From the NCBI GenBank assembly GCA_050506795.1, contig JBJHCF010000043.1, positions 1-43,917 on the forward strand: DNA of 43,917 nucleotides. Reading direction: 5' to 3'. The translations under genes and the position numbers were made by a program. The notes under the pieces were generated by a model. It ran no database searches and was not told the DNA's origin. It saw only the letters and a list, made by a program, of their open reading frames with translations. Positions 19,398-28,969 of the stretch are shown piece by piece (position 1 is the stretch's first letter; the number at the start of each line of letters is the position of its first letter). Origin of the DNA: Opitutia bacterium. GTDB lineage: Bacteria; Verrucomicrobiota; Verrucomicrobiia; Opitutales; T3Sed10-336.

Positions 19398-21581
19398 ATG
19401 AACCGCTTTGAAAAGATCCTGTGCCGTCTGTGCGGGGGGATGGCAATCACTTTGACCGGCCTGACCGGCTGCTCCGAACTGGAATCCGAATCGGCAGGGG
19501 AATATTCGGCTTATTTATTCTCCTACTTCGTCGGAAACGGCCCCGGACAGGAGCAGATTCATTTTGCCGTGAGCGAGGACGGGTTCAACTGGCGGGCCTT
19601 GAACCGGAATCGGCCCATCGTTGATTCCCGTGACATCAGTAATTCGGGCGGGGTCCGTGACCCGCACCTGCTTCGTGGGGAGGATGGGGAAACCTTCTAT
19701 ATGGTGGTCACCGATCTTCACGTTCCCACCATGGGCTGGAGCAATCACGCCATGGTGCTGATGAAGTCGAACGATCTGATTCATTGGGAGTCGTCGGTGG
19801 TGGATATACACGAGGCCTTTCCGGAGGAGTTTGGCGATGTTTACCGGGTCTGGGCGCCGCAGACGATTTACGACCGCGAAGCGGGCAAATACATGGTCTA
19901 TTTTTCCATGAAGTCCCCGAATGAGCCGGACATCATCTATTACGCCTACGCCAATGACGATTTCACGGCTCTCGCCACCACGCCGGAGCAGCTTTATTTC
20001 CCCCCTGCCGAGAGCCAAAATCGCGCTTCGATCGACGGCGATATCGTTTACCATGATGGGAAGTACTACCTCTTCCACAAAGCGGATGACATCGACCCGG
20101 GAATCAAGGTGGCGATTTCGGATCGTTTGACGGAAGGGTATGAACTCCACAGCACGGACCGGGTCGATCTGACGCGCGAAGCGGTCGAGGGTTCGGGGGT
20201 ATTCCGGATGCACGACAGCGATCGGTGGATCCTCATGTACGATGTCTACATCCGGGGAGACTACCAGTTCGCCGAAAGCACCGACCTCCTGAATTTCGAG
20301 TTGGTCGATGACCGGATTTCCATGGATTTCCGGCCACGTCACGGCTCCGTGATGTCGATCACCCGCGACGAGCACGTGCGCCTGTTGGAGGAATGGGGTT
20401 CGTTGGAGCACTACGTCACCGGGGTCGGGGCGGAATACGTCCGCCAACGCAATATCTCCGTCGACGGCGACGAAAGGACGATGCACATCCCGTTGTGGCG
20501 CGGAGCCGATCCGACGCGCTTCGATCCGGAGTTCGAGACGATCTCCGGCCTTTCGGTGTCTCCGCGGGGACCGCAGGATTTCTCCGCGGGACCGGTGACC
20601 TATACCCTGGAGTTCGACGGCGAGTCCGCATTGACCTTCGAGGTCGCCGCCGAGGTCTGGCACAATCCCGTGCTCGACGGTTATTACGCTGATCCCGATA
20701 TCATTTACTCCGAAAAGAACGAACGTTTTTACATCTATCCCACCAGTGACGGCTACCTGGGCTGGTCGGGCACCTATTTCAAGACGTTCTCCTCCGACAA
20801 CCTGGTCGACTGGGTGGAGGAAGGGGTGATACTCGATCTGGAAGAAGACGTCTCCTGGACCAGTCGCAACGCCTGGGCGCCCGCCATGATCGAGCGGCAA
20901 ATCGATGGAGAATATCGCTACTTCTATTATTTCACCGCCGCGCAGCGTGTCGGGGTGGCGGTGTCGGACGAGCCGGACGGACGTTTTGTGGACAGCGGCC
21001 AACCCCTGGTCGACACATTCCCCGAGGGCGTTCAAGGCGGACAGCACATCGATCCGGACGTATTTCGTGACCCGGTGAGCGGTAAGTACTATCTGTATTG
21101 GGGTAACGGGTACATGGCCGGAGCGGAGCTCAACGACGACATGATATCTCTCAAAGAGGACACGATCACGGTCATGACCCCCGACCGCACCTTCCGCGAA
21201 GGGGTTCATGTGCTGTACCGGGAGGGAAAGTATTATTTCCTGTGGTCCGAGGACGACACCCGCAGTGAGAACTACCGCGTGCGCTACGCCACGGCGGACT
21301 CCCCGCTGGGGCCGTTGGAAATCCCCGAGGACAACCTGGTGATCGCCAAGGATCCCTCTATCGGTATCTACGGCACCGGCCATAACTCCGTCATTCAGGT
21401 GCCCGGCCGCGACGAATGGTATATCGTCTACCACCGGTTCACCTACCCGAAAGGGATCGAGATGGGAGGCGATGCCGGGTTTCATCGGGAAACCTGCATC
21501 GACCGGATGGAGTTCGATGAAGACGGCCGGATTCTCCGGGTGCAGCCGACCCATGAAGGCATCGATCCGGTGGAGCTCTGA
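19398..21581 (+). CDS. Lipoprotein with two GH43-type beta-propeller domains
   Basis: AGGAG RBS, lipobox LTGC; domain 1 GGVRDPHL, VWAPQ, SIDGD, EGS, RHG; domain 2 NPVLDGYYADP, AWAPA, IDPDVF, FREG, GTGHNS. Confidence 0.9.
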   Translation: MNRFEKILCRLCGGMAITLTGLTGCSELESESAGEYSAYLFSYFVGNGPGQEQIHFAVSEDGFNWRALNRNRPIVDSRDISNSGGVRDPHLLRGEDGETFYMVVTDLHVPTMGWSNHAMVLMKSNDLIHWESSVVDIHEAFPEEFGDVYRVWAPQTIYDREAGKYMVYFSMKSPNEPDIIYYAYANDDFTALATTPEQLYFPPAESQNRASIDGDIVYHDGKYYLFHKADDIDPGIKVAISDRLTEGYELHSTDRVDLTREAVEGSGVFRMHDSDRWILMYDVYIRGDYQFAESTDLLNFELVDDRISMDFRPRHGSVMSITRDEHVRLLEEWGSLEHYVTGVGAEYVRQRNISVDGDERTMHIPLWRGADPTRFDPEFETISGLSVSPRGPQDFSAGPVTYTLEFDGESALTFEVAAEVWHNPVLDGYYADPDIIYSEKNERFYIYPTSDGYLGWSGTYFKTFSSDNLVDWVEEGVILDLEEDVSWTSRNAWAPAMIERQIDGEYRYFYYFTAAQRVGVAVSDEPDGRFVDSGQPLVDTFPEGVQGGQHIDPDVFRDPVSGKYYLYWGNGYMAGAELNDDMISLKEDTITVMTPDRTFREGVHVLYREGKYYFLWSEDDTRSENYRVRYATADSPLGPLEIPEDNLVIAKDPSIGIYGTGHNSVIQVPGRDEWYIVYHRFTYPKGIEMGGDAGFHRETCIDRMEFDEDGRILRVQPTHEGIDPVEL

Positions 21582-21753
21582 TACCTGCGGTTGGCGCTGA
21601 TCCCTATTAAGCACGGCCACGCTATTTCGCAGCCCGTGAACCATGGGGGGTGCCCGGCCGTCCTGAGGTTACGGACTTGTGCCTCTCCTTGTTCGCCAGA
21701 CCTAACAAACCGTGACTTGCTCGGCTTGACTCGAACCGTAAGAATCCACCTTA

Positions 21754-24201
21754 TTGGTGCTTGTGTCTGCCTATGTTAATGATGAAGGTCTTTCGCGGCT
21801 TCCCTACGGCGAAGCCGATACGCGGGCCAAATTGATTGACCCGGCCCTGCACGGGCGGGGGTGGACGGAGGATCACATACGCCGGGAGGAAACCGCCGGA
21901 GGCATTGAAATCATTGAAGGTCAGGCGCACCGGGCTTCGCGTGGACGGGTCGACTATACACTCAGGCTCCGGATCAACCAAACGTCTCAGCCGCTGGCGG
22001 TCGCCTACATCGAGGCCAAAGCGGAGAACAAACCGCCGACTCAAGGGCTGGAACAGGTCAAGGGTTATCAGGCAGCCGCTGAGCGACTCAACGTCCCCTT
22101 TGTCTACTCGACCAACGGCCACCTGTTCATCGAATACGATCACGTCACTGGCCAGACCAGCAGTCCCAAGCCGCTCTGTGAATTCCCGACGAATGAAGAA
22201 CTCAGACGGGGATTCGAGCATCACAAAGGTTTCGATCTAGAGTCCGTGAGCGCCCGTCCCCTCCTGGTCCCTTATCCGGGCGGTGAGGCCACGCGCCGCT
22301 ATTATCAGGATGCCGCGATTCGGGCGACATTCGAAAAGCTGGCGCGGCCTGGTGAAAACCGTGCATTGCTCTCGCTCGCCACCGGTGCGGGCAAAACCTT
22401 CATCGCGGTTAACCTGCTGAAGCGCATTGCGGATGCGGGACAGTTGAAAAGAGCTCTTTTCGTCTGCGACCGCGACGAGTTGCGCGCTCAGGCGTTGGGA
22501 GCGTTCGCCGGCGTTTTCGGCTCCGATGTCGCCGAAGTTTTCGCCGATGCCGATGGCCGCAACAATGCCCGCAACGCCCGCATTCATGTCGCCACCTACC
22601 AGACTTTGGATGCGCAGAGGAACCAGGGGGCACGGAACTTTTTTTTCAAACATTACCGGGACCGGAACCTTTTCAGTCATATCATTATCGACGAGTGCCA
22701 CCGCTCGGCTTGGGGAGAATGGAAATTCTTCCTGGAACACAACCCGGACGCCGTGCAAATCGGTCTCACCGCCACTCCGCGGGAGCTTAAACAAGCCAAA
22801 CGCAGGCCAGGCGAGTACGGCAGCAGCCCGATGGACGAGGACGAACGGATTCTCCGCGACAACATCAAACACTTCGGCGAACCGGTTTACGAATACACGC
22901 TCGCGCAGGGCATTGAGGATGGCTACCTGGCTCCGCCGGAGATTTTTACTTTCGACCTTTTCCACGACAGCAAGGAAACGCCGGAGCGGGAAGACCGGAT
23001 CAGCAAGGAGGATCTGCGGTCCAAGAAGCTGACCCTCGCCACGACCGGTCAAGAAGCCCCCGCCGAAGTCGTCGAAGATCACTACGGTCCCACCAGGTTG
23101 GACGAGCGTCTGATGCTGCCGGATCGGGTGGAGGCGATGTCCAGGCATCTTTTCGAGCAACTCATCGCTCACGGCGGCGCCCCTGAGCAGAAGACCATTG
23201 TTTTCTGCGCCGGTGACCCCCACGCCGACGCGGTCGCGCAAGCACTGGGCAATTTGTACCAGGATTGGTGTGCGGCCAATGACAGGGACGCCAAAGCATT
23301 CTTTGCCTTCAAGTGCACAGACAAAAGCAACGGCGGCGAACACATCGCTGACCTTCGCGGTTCCGCGTCCTCCCATTTTATCGCCTGCACGGTCGAACTG
23401 CTGACCACGGGAGTGGACGTGCCCTGCCTGCGCAATATAGCATTCATGCAATACCTGCGCTCGCCCATCGTCTTTTATCAGATGCTCGGACGCGGAACCC
23501 GCATCGATCCGGACACGGAGAAGCTCATGTTTCGGGTCTATGATTACACTGAGGCCACCAGCCTCCTTGGACAGGGTTTTCTCACCAAACACCGCAGCGG
23601 GAAAAAGCGACGCAAGCCCGGCCCCCCGCCGAAACCCCCGATCCAGGCGGAGGGTGTGGAAATTGAGATCAAGGACACCGGGCGCTACCTTACGGCGGTG
23701 CTGGATGGCAGCCACCGGCGTATCACCGTTGAGGAGTATCGGGAGCGGGTGGCCGGAAGACTGGTCGAGGCCGCCGCCGATGTTTTGGCTTTCCGCACGA
23801 TCTGGATCACGCCGCAGGAACGCCGCGCCCTGATTGACGCCATCGTGCGCGGCGGCTTCTCGCCCAAGGCCCTGCAAATCGCCGAGGAGGCCGAGGACTG
23901 CGACCTCTTCGACGTGCTCGGCGAGATCGGTTACGGGCTCAACCGCCAGACCCGTGCCAACCGCGTCTTCGCCTTCAGCTACAAGCAACGCGACTGGCTC
24001 CAGGCCATGCCCGCCGACACCGCCGCCACCATACGGGCCATCACCAACCAGTTCGCCCGCGCCGGTACCGAAGCCCTCGAAAGCCAATATATTTTCCAGA
24101 CCGACGAGGTGCGCAAAGCTGGCGGCATCCCCGCGCTCAAGGCGTTTGGTGATCCCACGAGATTGCTCCTCGATACAAAGGAAAGGATATTTGCGGCATG
24201 A
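21754..24201 (+). CDS. hsdR: Type I restriction endonuclease subunit R (EcoAI/EcoEI-like architecture)
   Basis: EADTRAKLIDP, VDY...IEAK nuclease motif, RYYQ, LATGAGKT, DECH, GLTATP, LTTGVD, QMLGRGTR, EcoEI_R_C-like tail. Start codon uncertain. Confidence 0.93.
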   Translation: MVLVSAYVNDEGLSRLPYGEADTRAKLIDPALHGRGWTEDHIRREETAGGIEIIEGQAHRASRGRVDYTLRLRINQTSQPLAVAYIEAKAENKPPTQGLEQVKGYQAAAERLNVPFVYSTNGHLFIEYDHVTGQTSSPKPLCEFPTNEELRRGFEHHKGFDLESVSARPLLVPYPGGEATRRYYQDAAIRATFEKLARPGENRALLSLATGAGKTFIAVNLLKRIADAGQLKRALFVCDRDELRAQALGAFAGVFGSDVAEVFADADGRNNARNARIHVATYQTLDAQRNQGARNFFFKHYRDRNLFSHIIIDECHRSAWGEWKFFLEHNPDAVQIGLTATPRELKQAKRRPGEYGSSPMDEDERILRDNIKHFGEPVYEYTLAQGIEDGYLAPPEIFTFDLFHDSKETPEREDRISKEDLRSKKLTLATTGQEAPAEVVEDHYGPTRLDERLMLPDRVEAMSRHLFEQLIAHGGAPEQKTIVFCAGDPHADAVAQALGNLYQDWCAANDRDAKAFFAFKCTDKSNGGEHIADLRGSASSHFIACTVELLTTGVDVPCLRNIAFMQYLRSPIVFYQMLGRGTRIDPDTEKLMFRVYDYTEATSLLGQGFLTKHRSGKKRRKPGPPPKPPIQAEGVEIEIKDTGRYLTAVLDGSHRRITVEEYRERVAGRLVEAAADVLAFRTIWITPQERRALIDAIVRGGFSPKALQIAEEAEDCDLFDVLGEIGYGLNRQTRANRVFAFSYKQRDWLQAMPADTAATIRAITNQFARAGTEALESQYIFQTDEVRKAGGIPALKAFGDPTRLLLDTKERIFAA

Positions 24202-24800
24202 GGACGGTCAGAATAGGAGATGTTGTTGATAGCGCGCAATCTGGTTTTGCTTCGGGTAAACGGGACGAGAGCGGCGTAATTCAACTTCGCATGAACAATG
24301 TCGATACAACTGGAGTAATTGACCTATCAGAACATATTCGGGTTCCCGTCGACGAGAAACAAATAGATCGTTACTCGCTTAAAGAAAACGACATTCTCTT
24401 CAACAACACTAATAGCACAGAGCTTGTCGGAAAGTCGGCTATCTTCCGTTCGTACGCTGAACCTGTCGTTTTCAGTAATCATTTTACGCGCATTCGTGTA
24501 AATAACGAACAGGCCGACTCCGAGTTTCTTTGCTTCTACATTAACCACCTTTGGCAAAAGAAGGTCTTTATCGAGATCTGCCAACGATGGATTGGACAGA
24601 GTTCCGTGAATTTTAATAAACTAGCGATACTTCCCATAGCCCTCCCCGACCTACACGAGCAGCGCCAGGTCGCGGCGCGGCTGAAGGCGCAACTGGCCGA
24701 AGTCGAAGTGACCCGCAAGAAAGCGGAGGACCAACTCGAAGCCATAAACCGCCTCCCAGCCGCCTACCTGCGGGATGCGTTTGAACCCCCCGCTTCCTGA
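24198..24800 (+). CDS. hsdS: Type I specificity subunit, single target-recognition domain (half HsdS)
   Basis: ATGA overlap with hsdR; LRMNNV, DILFNNTNSTELVGK TRD; one conserved region LPIALPDLHEQ...AYLRDAF; only 200 aa. Confidence 0.9.
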   Translation: MRTVRIGDVVDSAQSGFASGKRDESGVIQLRMNNVDTTGVIDLSEHIRVPVDEKQIDRYSLKENDILFNNTNSTELVGKSAIFRSYAEPVVFSNHFTRIRVNNEQADSEFLCFYINHLWQKKVFIEICQRWIGQSSVNFNKLAILPIALPDLHEQRQVAARLKAQLAEVEVTRKKAEDQLEAINRLPAAYLRDAFEPPAS

Positions 24801-24802
24801 AA

Positions 24803-25624
24803 ATGGCCATGACCTTCCAGACCGGTTGGAGTCCGACGGTCATCCGGCGCGTAGAGGAGTGCCAGGACACCGGCTCTGAAGTGGTGGCTGTCGTCACCAA
24901 TGACGGGAGGGGCTTCGCCAAGTTTCTTGGCAACAAAGAAGGTCCGCACGTATTGGCTTGCGAATTTCTCGGTACCCGGATGGCGCACTTGCTCGGCCTC
25001 CCGACCTTCGATCATGCCTTGATGGATTTTGACGGCGTGCCGGAGATCGTACTTTACAGTGGTAATTGCGCGATGGCAGGATCGACTTGGATGACCCGCC
25101 GTGAAGAGGGCTTGAACTGGAGTGGCAATGGCGACGACCTCAAGTGGATAAGTAACCGCGCCGACGTTGCCAAGCTTGTCGCACTGGACACATGGATTAT
25201 GAACTGCGACCGCTATCGGCCGGAGCCTCGCCGTGTGAACCGGAACAACGTATTCTTTTCCCGGGAAGGTGCGTTACCCGGGCTGTTCCGTCTTGTGGCG
25301 ATGGACCACACGCATGCCTTCACCTGTGGCCGGCCACTTAAGCCGGAGCTTGCCAACATCGGGTTTACGAAAAACGAGATGGTGTTCGGCCTTTTCCCTG
25401 AGTTCGCGGACTTTATCAACCGGGCGGAGATGGTCGCGGCCTGCCAGGCGCTTGCCGCTGCGTCAGACGGGGCGATAGGAGAGGAGGTTGAGCGCATACC
25501 ACGCGAATGGGAGGTGGACAAGGCGACACGGGAGGCATTGACAAACTTTCTCTGCCAGCGGCGCGATTTTCTGGCGACGGAACTTGTCGCTCGTATTTTC
25601 CCCCAATCAGAGCTAAATTTTTAG
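24803..25624 (+). CDS. HipA-like serine/threonine kinase
   Basis: GFAKF lysine strand, LACEFLGTRMAHLLGLP, DTWIMNCDR...NNVFF catalytic loop, VAMDHTHAF, IPREW. Confidence 0.85.
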   Translation: MAMTFQTGWSPTVIRRVEECQDTGSEVVAVVTNDGRGFAKFLGNKEGPHVLACEFLGTRMAHLLGLPTFDHALMDFDGVPEIVLYSGNCAMAGSTWMTRREEGLNWSGNGDDLKWISNRADVAKLVALDTWIMNCDRYRPEPRRVNRNNVFFSREGALPGLFRLVAMDHTHAFTCGRPLKPELANIGFTKNEMVFGLFPEFADFINRAEMVAACQALAAASDGAIGEEVERIPREWEVDKATREALTNFLCQRRDFLATELVARIFPQSELNF

Positions 25625-25634
25625 GTAAAATACC

Positions 25635-26450
25635 ATGAATTCACCCACTACAGGCTACTACAGCGTCATCCAATACTGTCCCGACCGTTCACGGATGGAA
25701 GCGGCCAACATCGGTGTGCTTCTGTTCGTCGAATCGCTGGAATTCCTCGACGTCAGACTCGTCTCGGGCAATGACCGGATCCGGCGCTTTTTCGGGCCGG
25801 ATTACAATCTCGATTTATCAGCGGTTAACACAGCCAAAAAGATGGTCGAGCACCGATTTCAGGTCGAGAGGCCGGAACTGGGCCACCGTGCCGATCTGGA
25901 GTTGTTTCTTCGCCGTTTCGCGAACGAAATTGTGTTCACGCCCCTGCGTCCGGCCCGGGTGGAAAATCCCGCGACGGAACTGGCCCAACTCTTTGGGGAT
26001 CTGGTGACCGCGCGGGTGCGTCGCGACCCCGGCGCTGAAGCTGCGGAATCTTTTCCGGCGATTCGACAGCGTTTCGAGCAACCCGACATCGCCGAGAAGC
26101 TCCAACGTGACTTGACCGTGCGCATCCCCGTACTGGAAGACGAGGTAAATGTGGACTACGGTTTCCAGAATGGCCGCTTCAATCTGATTCAGATCAAGGA
26201 ATTCACCCAGCAGCGGACCGACGCGCTAATGAAGGAGGCGAAGAGTATCGCGGCGGAAGGCCACTTGATCTACAAACATCCCGACCCGCAACGCCATGAG
26301 CAGCAACTGATGGTGGTCGCCAGCTTCACCGAAGCGGTCATGGAGAACCGAGGTCGTATTTCCAGCTTGATGGCCGACCACGACGTGCAGTTTTTCACTG
26401 AAGCCGACGTGGAACGCCTTGCGCAGCTGATTCTCACAACCGCTCACTAA
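25635..26450 (+). CDS. DUF3037 domain protein
   Basis: YSVIQYCPDRSRMEAANIGVLL family signature; C-terminal VDYGFQNG segment; usual position after a HipA-like kinase. Confidence 0.85.
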   Translation: MNSPTTGYYSVIQYCPDRSRMEAANIGVLLFVESLEFLDVRLVSGNDRIRRFFGPDYNLDLSAVNTAKKMVEHRFQVERPELGHRADLELFLRRFANEIVFTPLRPARVENPATELAQLFGDLVTARVRRDPGAEAAESFPAIRQRFEQPDIAEKLQRDLTVRIPVLEDEVNVDYGFQNGRFNLIQIKEFTQQRTDALMKEAKSIAAEGHLIYKHPDPQRHEQQLMVVASFTEAVMENRGRISSLMADHDVQFFTEADVERLAQLILTTAH

Positions 26451-28193
26451 TTGAAATCCTTGGCAACCAAGAAAACGGCCTCAAGAAACAGCAAATCACG
26501 CGCCATTAAAGGCCAGGCGGCGATGGATCGTGTGGTCTGGAGTATCTGCGACGTCATGCGGCGTTCCAACTGCGCGGGCGCACTGCAATACGTCCCTGAA
26601 CTCACCTGGCTGATGTTCCTGCGCATTCTGGATGAGCGCGAAGAGCAGGAGGCGGAGGAAGCCAGGATCGTGGGCGCGGACTTCCGCTTTTCGATGGCGA
26701 AACCCTACCGCTGGCAGGATTGGGCGGCGCCCAACGCCCCGGAGCGTGTGAAGCGGATGGAGCTGTCTTCAGGCAAGTTTTTTGATTTCGTCAATCGTGA
26801 TCTCATTCCCCATCTCAAGCGCCTGAAGGATCGGCCCAATGCGACGCCGCGCCAGAAAGTGATCAGTGAAATCATGTCGGGCGTGGATCGGACCCGCATC
26901 GATACGGAGAGGAATCTCTGCGATGTGCTGGACAAGGTGGACGAAGTCAACTCCAGTGTCATCGACGCTACCCATGTGTTCACACTTTCACAGGTTTACG
27001 AGGGTCTTTTGCTCAAAATGGGCGAAAAGGGCAACGATGGCGGACAATTCTTCACGCCGCGCGAGGTCATCCGCGCCATGGTGGAGGTGCTGAAGCCGCA
27101 GGTGGGGCAGACGGTTTACGATCCCTGCTGTGGCACCGGCGGATTTCTGGCCCAGGCATTTGAATGGATGCGGGGCCAACTGGGTCCGAACGCGACAGGA
27201 GATCAAATCGAGGCATTGAAGCACCGTACATTCTACGGACGGGAAAAGGAGAACCTCATTTACCCGATCGCGCTCGCCAACCTGATTCTTCATGGCATCG
27301 ACGAACCCCATATCTGGCACGGCAATACACTCACGCAGTCGGCCATCTACGCCGGTCTTTTCGAGCATGCTCCCAGCCAGTTCGATGTGATTCTTACGAA
27401 CCCGCCTTTCGGCGGAAAGGAAGGCAAGGACGCGCAGACGCGTTTCGCTTTCAAGAGCAGGGCCACGCAGTTGCTCTTCCTCCAGGATGTCATGGCATCT
27501 CTCAAAACAGGCGGCAGTTGCGGGATCGTGCTGGATGAAGGGGTCTTGTTCCAGACCAACCAGGATGCCTTTGTAAAGACTAAGCGTCGCCTTCTGGACA
27601 CCTGCGACCTGTGGTGTATCGTCAGTCTGCCGCCGGGGCTTTTTACCGCCGCGGGCGCCGGGGTGAAAACCAACCTGCTCTTTTTCAGCAAGGGCCGCCC
27701 TACGAAGCAGATCTGGTATTACGACTTATCGGATGTAAAGGTCGGGAAGAAGAAGCCGTTCACCCGGGCCAGCCTCGAAGGCTTCTTCGAATGTCTGCCC
27801 GACCGCAAGGACAGCGACCGCAGCTGGACCCTTGATATCGCGGCCATTCGTAAACAAGCGCAGGCTGAAGGCGCCAAAATCCGTGCGACCGCCGCGGAAC
27901 CCAAGGACGCCCTCGCGCGATTGCGGGAGCGGCTTACCGAGCTTAAGAAGGCGAAAGTTTCACAGGCAGAGCTGGTCAAAGCCAATGCCGCCATCCGTGA
28001 GAAGGAGAAGGAAATTAGAGCCATCGAGAACCGGGCACAGACGGTTGAGAACGCGGCTTTTGACCTGAAAGCAATAAACCCGAACAATAAGGTTGAAGAG
28101 GATACGCGAACGCCGCGGGAGTTGATCGAGTTCGTTGAAGCGTGCTCGGATCAAATTGCGACTATCATGAAACGCCTCAAACAAATCTCATAA
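26451..28193 (+). CDS. hsdM: Type I N6-adenine DNA methyltransferase subunit M
   Basis: WSICDVMR, LTWLMFLR, YEGLL, GQFFTPR, motif I DPCCGTGGF, motif IV NPPF, VKTNLLFF, FDLKAINPN; TTG directly after the upstream TAA. Confidence 0.95.
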   Translation: MKSLATKKTASRNSKSRAIKGQAAMDRVVWSICDVMRRSNCAGALQYVPELTWLMFLRILDEREEQEAEEARIVGADFRFSMAKPYRWQDWAAPNAPERVKRMELSSGKFFDFVNRDLIPHLKRLKDRPNATPRQKVISEIMSGVDRTRIDTERNLCDVLDKVDEVNSSVIDATHVFTLSQVYEGLLLKMGEKGNDGGQFFTPREVIRAMVEVLKPQVGQTVYDPCCGTGGFLAQAFEWMRGQLGPNATGDQIEALKHRTFYGREKENLIYPIALANLILHGIDEPHIWHGNTLTQSAIYAGLFEHAPSQFDVILTNPPFGGKEGKDAQTRFAFKSRATQLLFLQDVMASLKTGGSCGIVLDEGVLFQTNQDAFVKTKRRLLDTCDLWCIVSLPPGLFTAAGAGVKTNLLFFSKGRPTKQIWYYDLSDVKVGKKKPFTRASLEGFFECLPDRKDSDRSWTLDIAAIRKQAQAEGAKIRATAAEPKDALARLRERLTELKKAKVSQAELVKANAAIREKEKEIRAIENRAQTVENAAFDLKAINPNNKVEEDTRTPRELIEFVEACSDQIATIMKRLKQIS

Positions 28194-28969
28194 TGGACGA
28201 AGAACCGTTTCAACTTCCTTTTCCTCCCATCATCGAGGCAATCGTTGACATCGACTGCGAATTGCCGGCAGGCACGAGTCCGGGGGATTTGGAGTCGGCG
28301 GCCCAAGAGTCATTGTGCAAGACTTACCCGCAGCTTCAGAAGAGGATGTTGCAGCAATTCCAGATTCACAAGCAGGCGGAGAAACCTCCGGAGCCCAGAT
28401 TGAAGGAGGGGCTCGATGCACTCCTGTTTCGCAGCGAGGATGGCAAGCAGCTAACCCAGTTTCGCCGGTCCGGCTACTCTTTCAACCGGCTCGCTCCCTA
28501 CGCGGGCATGGATGCCTGCCTCCCGGAAATCCAACGGACCTGGGAGAATTACCGCACCATCGCCAAACCCCTGCGTATTCGAAAAATCGGCCTCCGTACC
28601 ATCAACCGGATAGGGCTTCCGTTGAATCCTGATGGCGGTTTGGATCTGGGACGCTACCTTTCGACCGGGCCTCAAATCCCAAAAGTTGATGGGCGCGACT
28701 TCACATTCACCGGATTTCTGAATCAGCATCAGATCGTGGACAAACGATCCGGTCAGCAGGCGAATATCGTCCTCGCGACAAAGGAGGTGCGGGACGGAAA
28801 GCTGGTCGTTCTTCTCGACATTGATGCGTATGACCCCCGGCCTCGTGAATCTTTGGAATGGGTTGACGTGTCGGCCGTCGTCGGCTCGCTTCGGGACTTG
28901 AAAAACGACCTTTTTCGCAACATTGTGACCAAAGAATGTATCAATCTCTTCTCAAGCCGGCAATTCTAG
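28193..28969 (+). CDS. TIGR04255 family protein
   Basis: TAATG coupling to hsdM; PPIIEAIVDI, YSFNRLAPY, KIGLRTINRI, LLDIDAY, LRDLKNDLF motifs. Confidence 0.82.
   Translation: MDEEPFQLPFPPIIEAIVDIDCELPAGTSPGDLESAAQESLCKTYPQLQKRMLQQFQIHKQAEKPPEPRLKEGLDALLFRSEDGKQLTQFRRSGYSFNRLAPYAGMDACLPEIQRTWENYRTIAKPLRIRKIGLRTINRIGLPLNPDGGLDLGRYLSTGPQIPKVDGRDFTFTGFLNQHQIVDKRSGQQANIVLATKEVRDGKLVVLLDIDAYDPRPRESLEWVDVSAVVGSLRDLKNDLFRNIVTKECINLFSSRQF

Noticed and set aside
9257..23000. Very long antisense ORFs (9257..11749, 11843..13711, 17330..19204, 19515..21644, 22237..24087; also 6464..7876)
   Set aside because: Shadow ORFs opposite well-supported genes in GC-rich DNA; no recognisable motifs.
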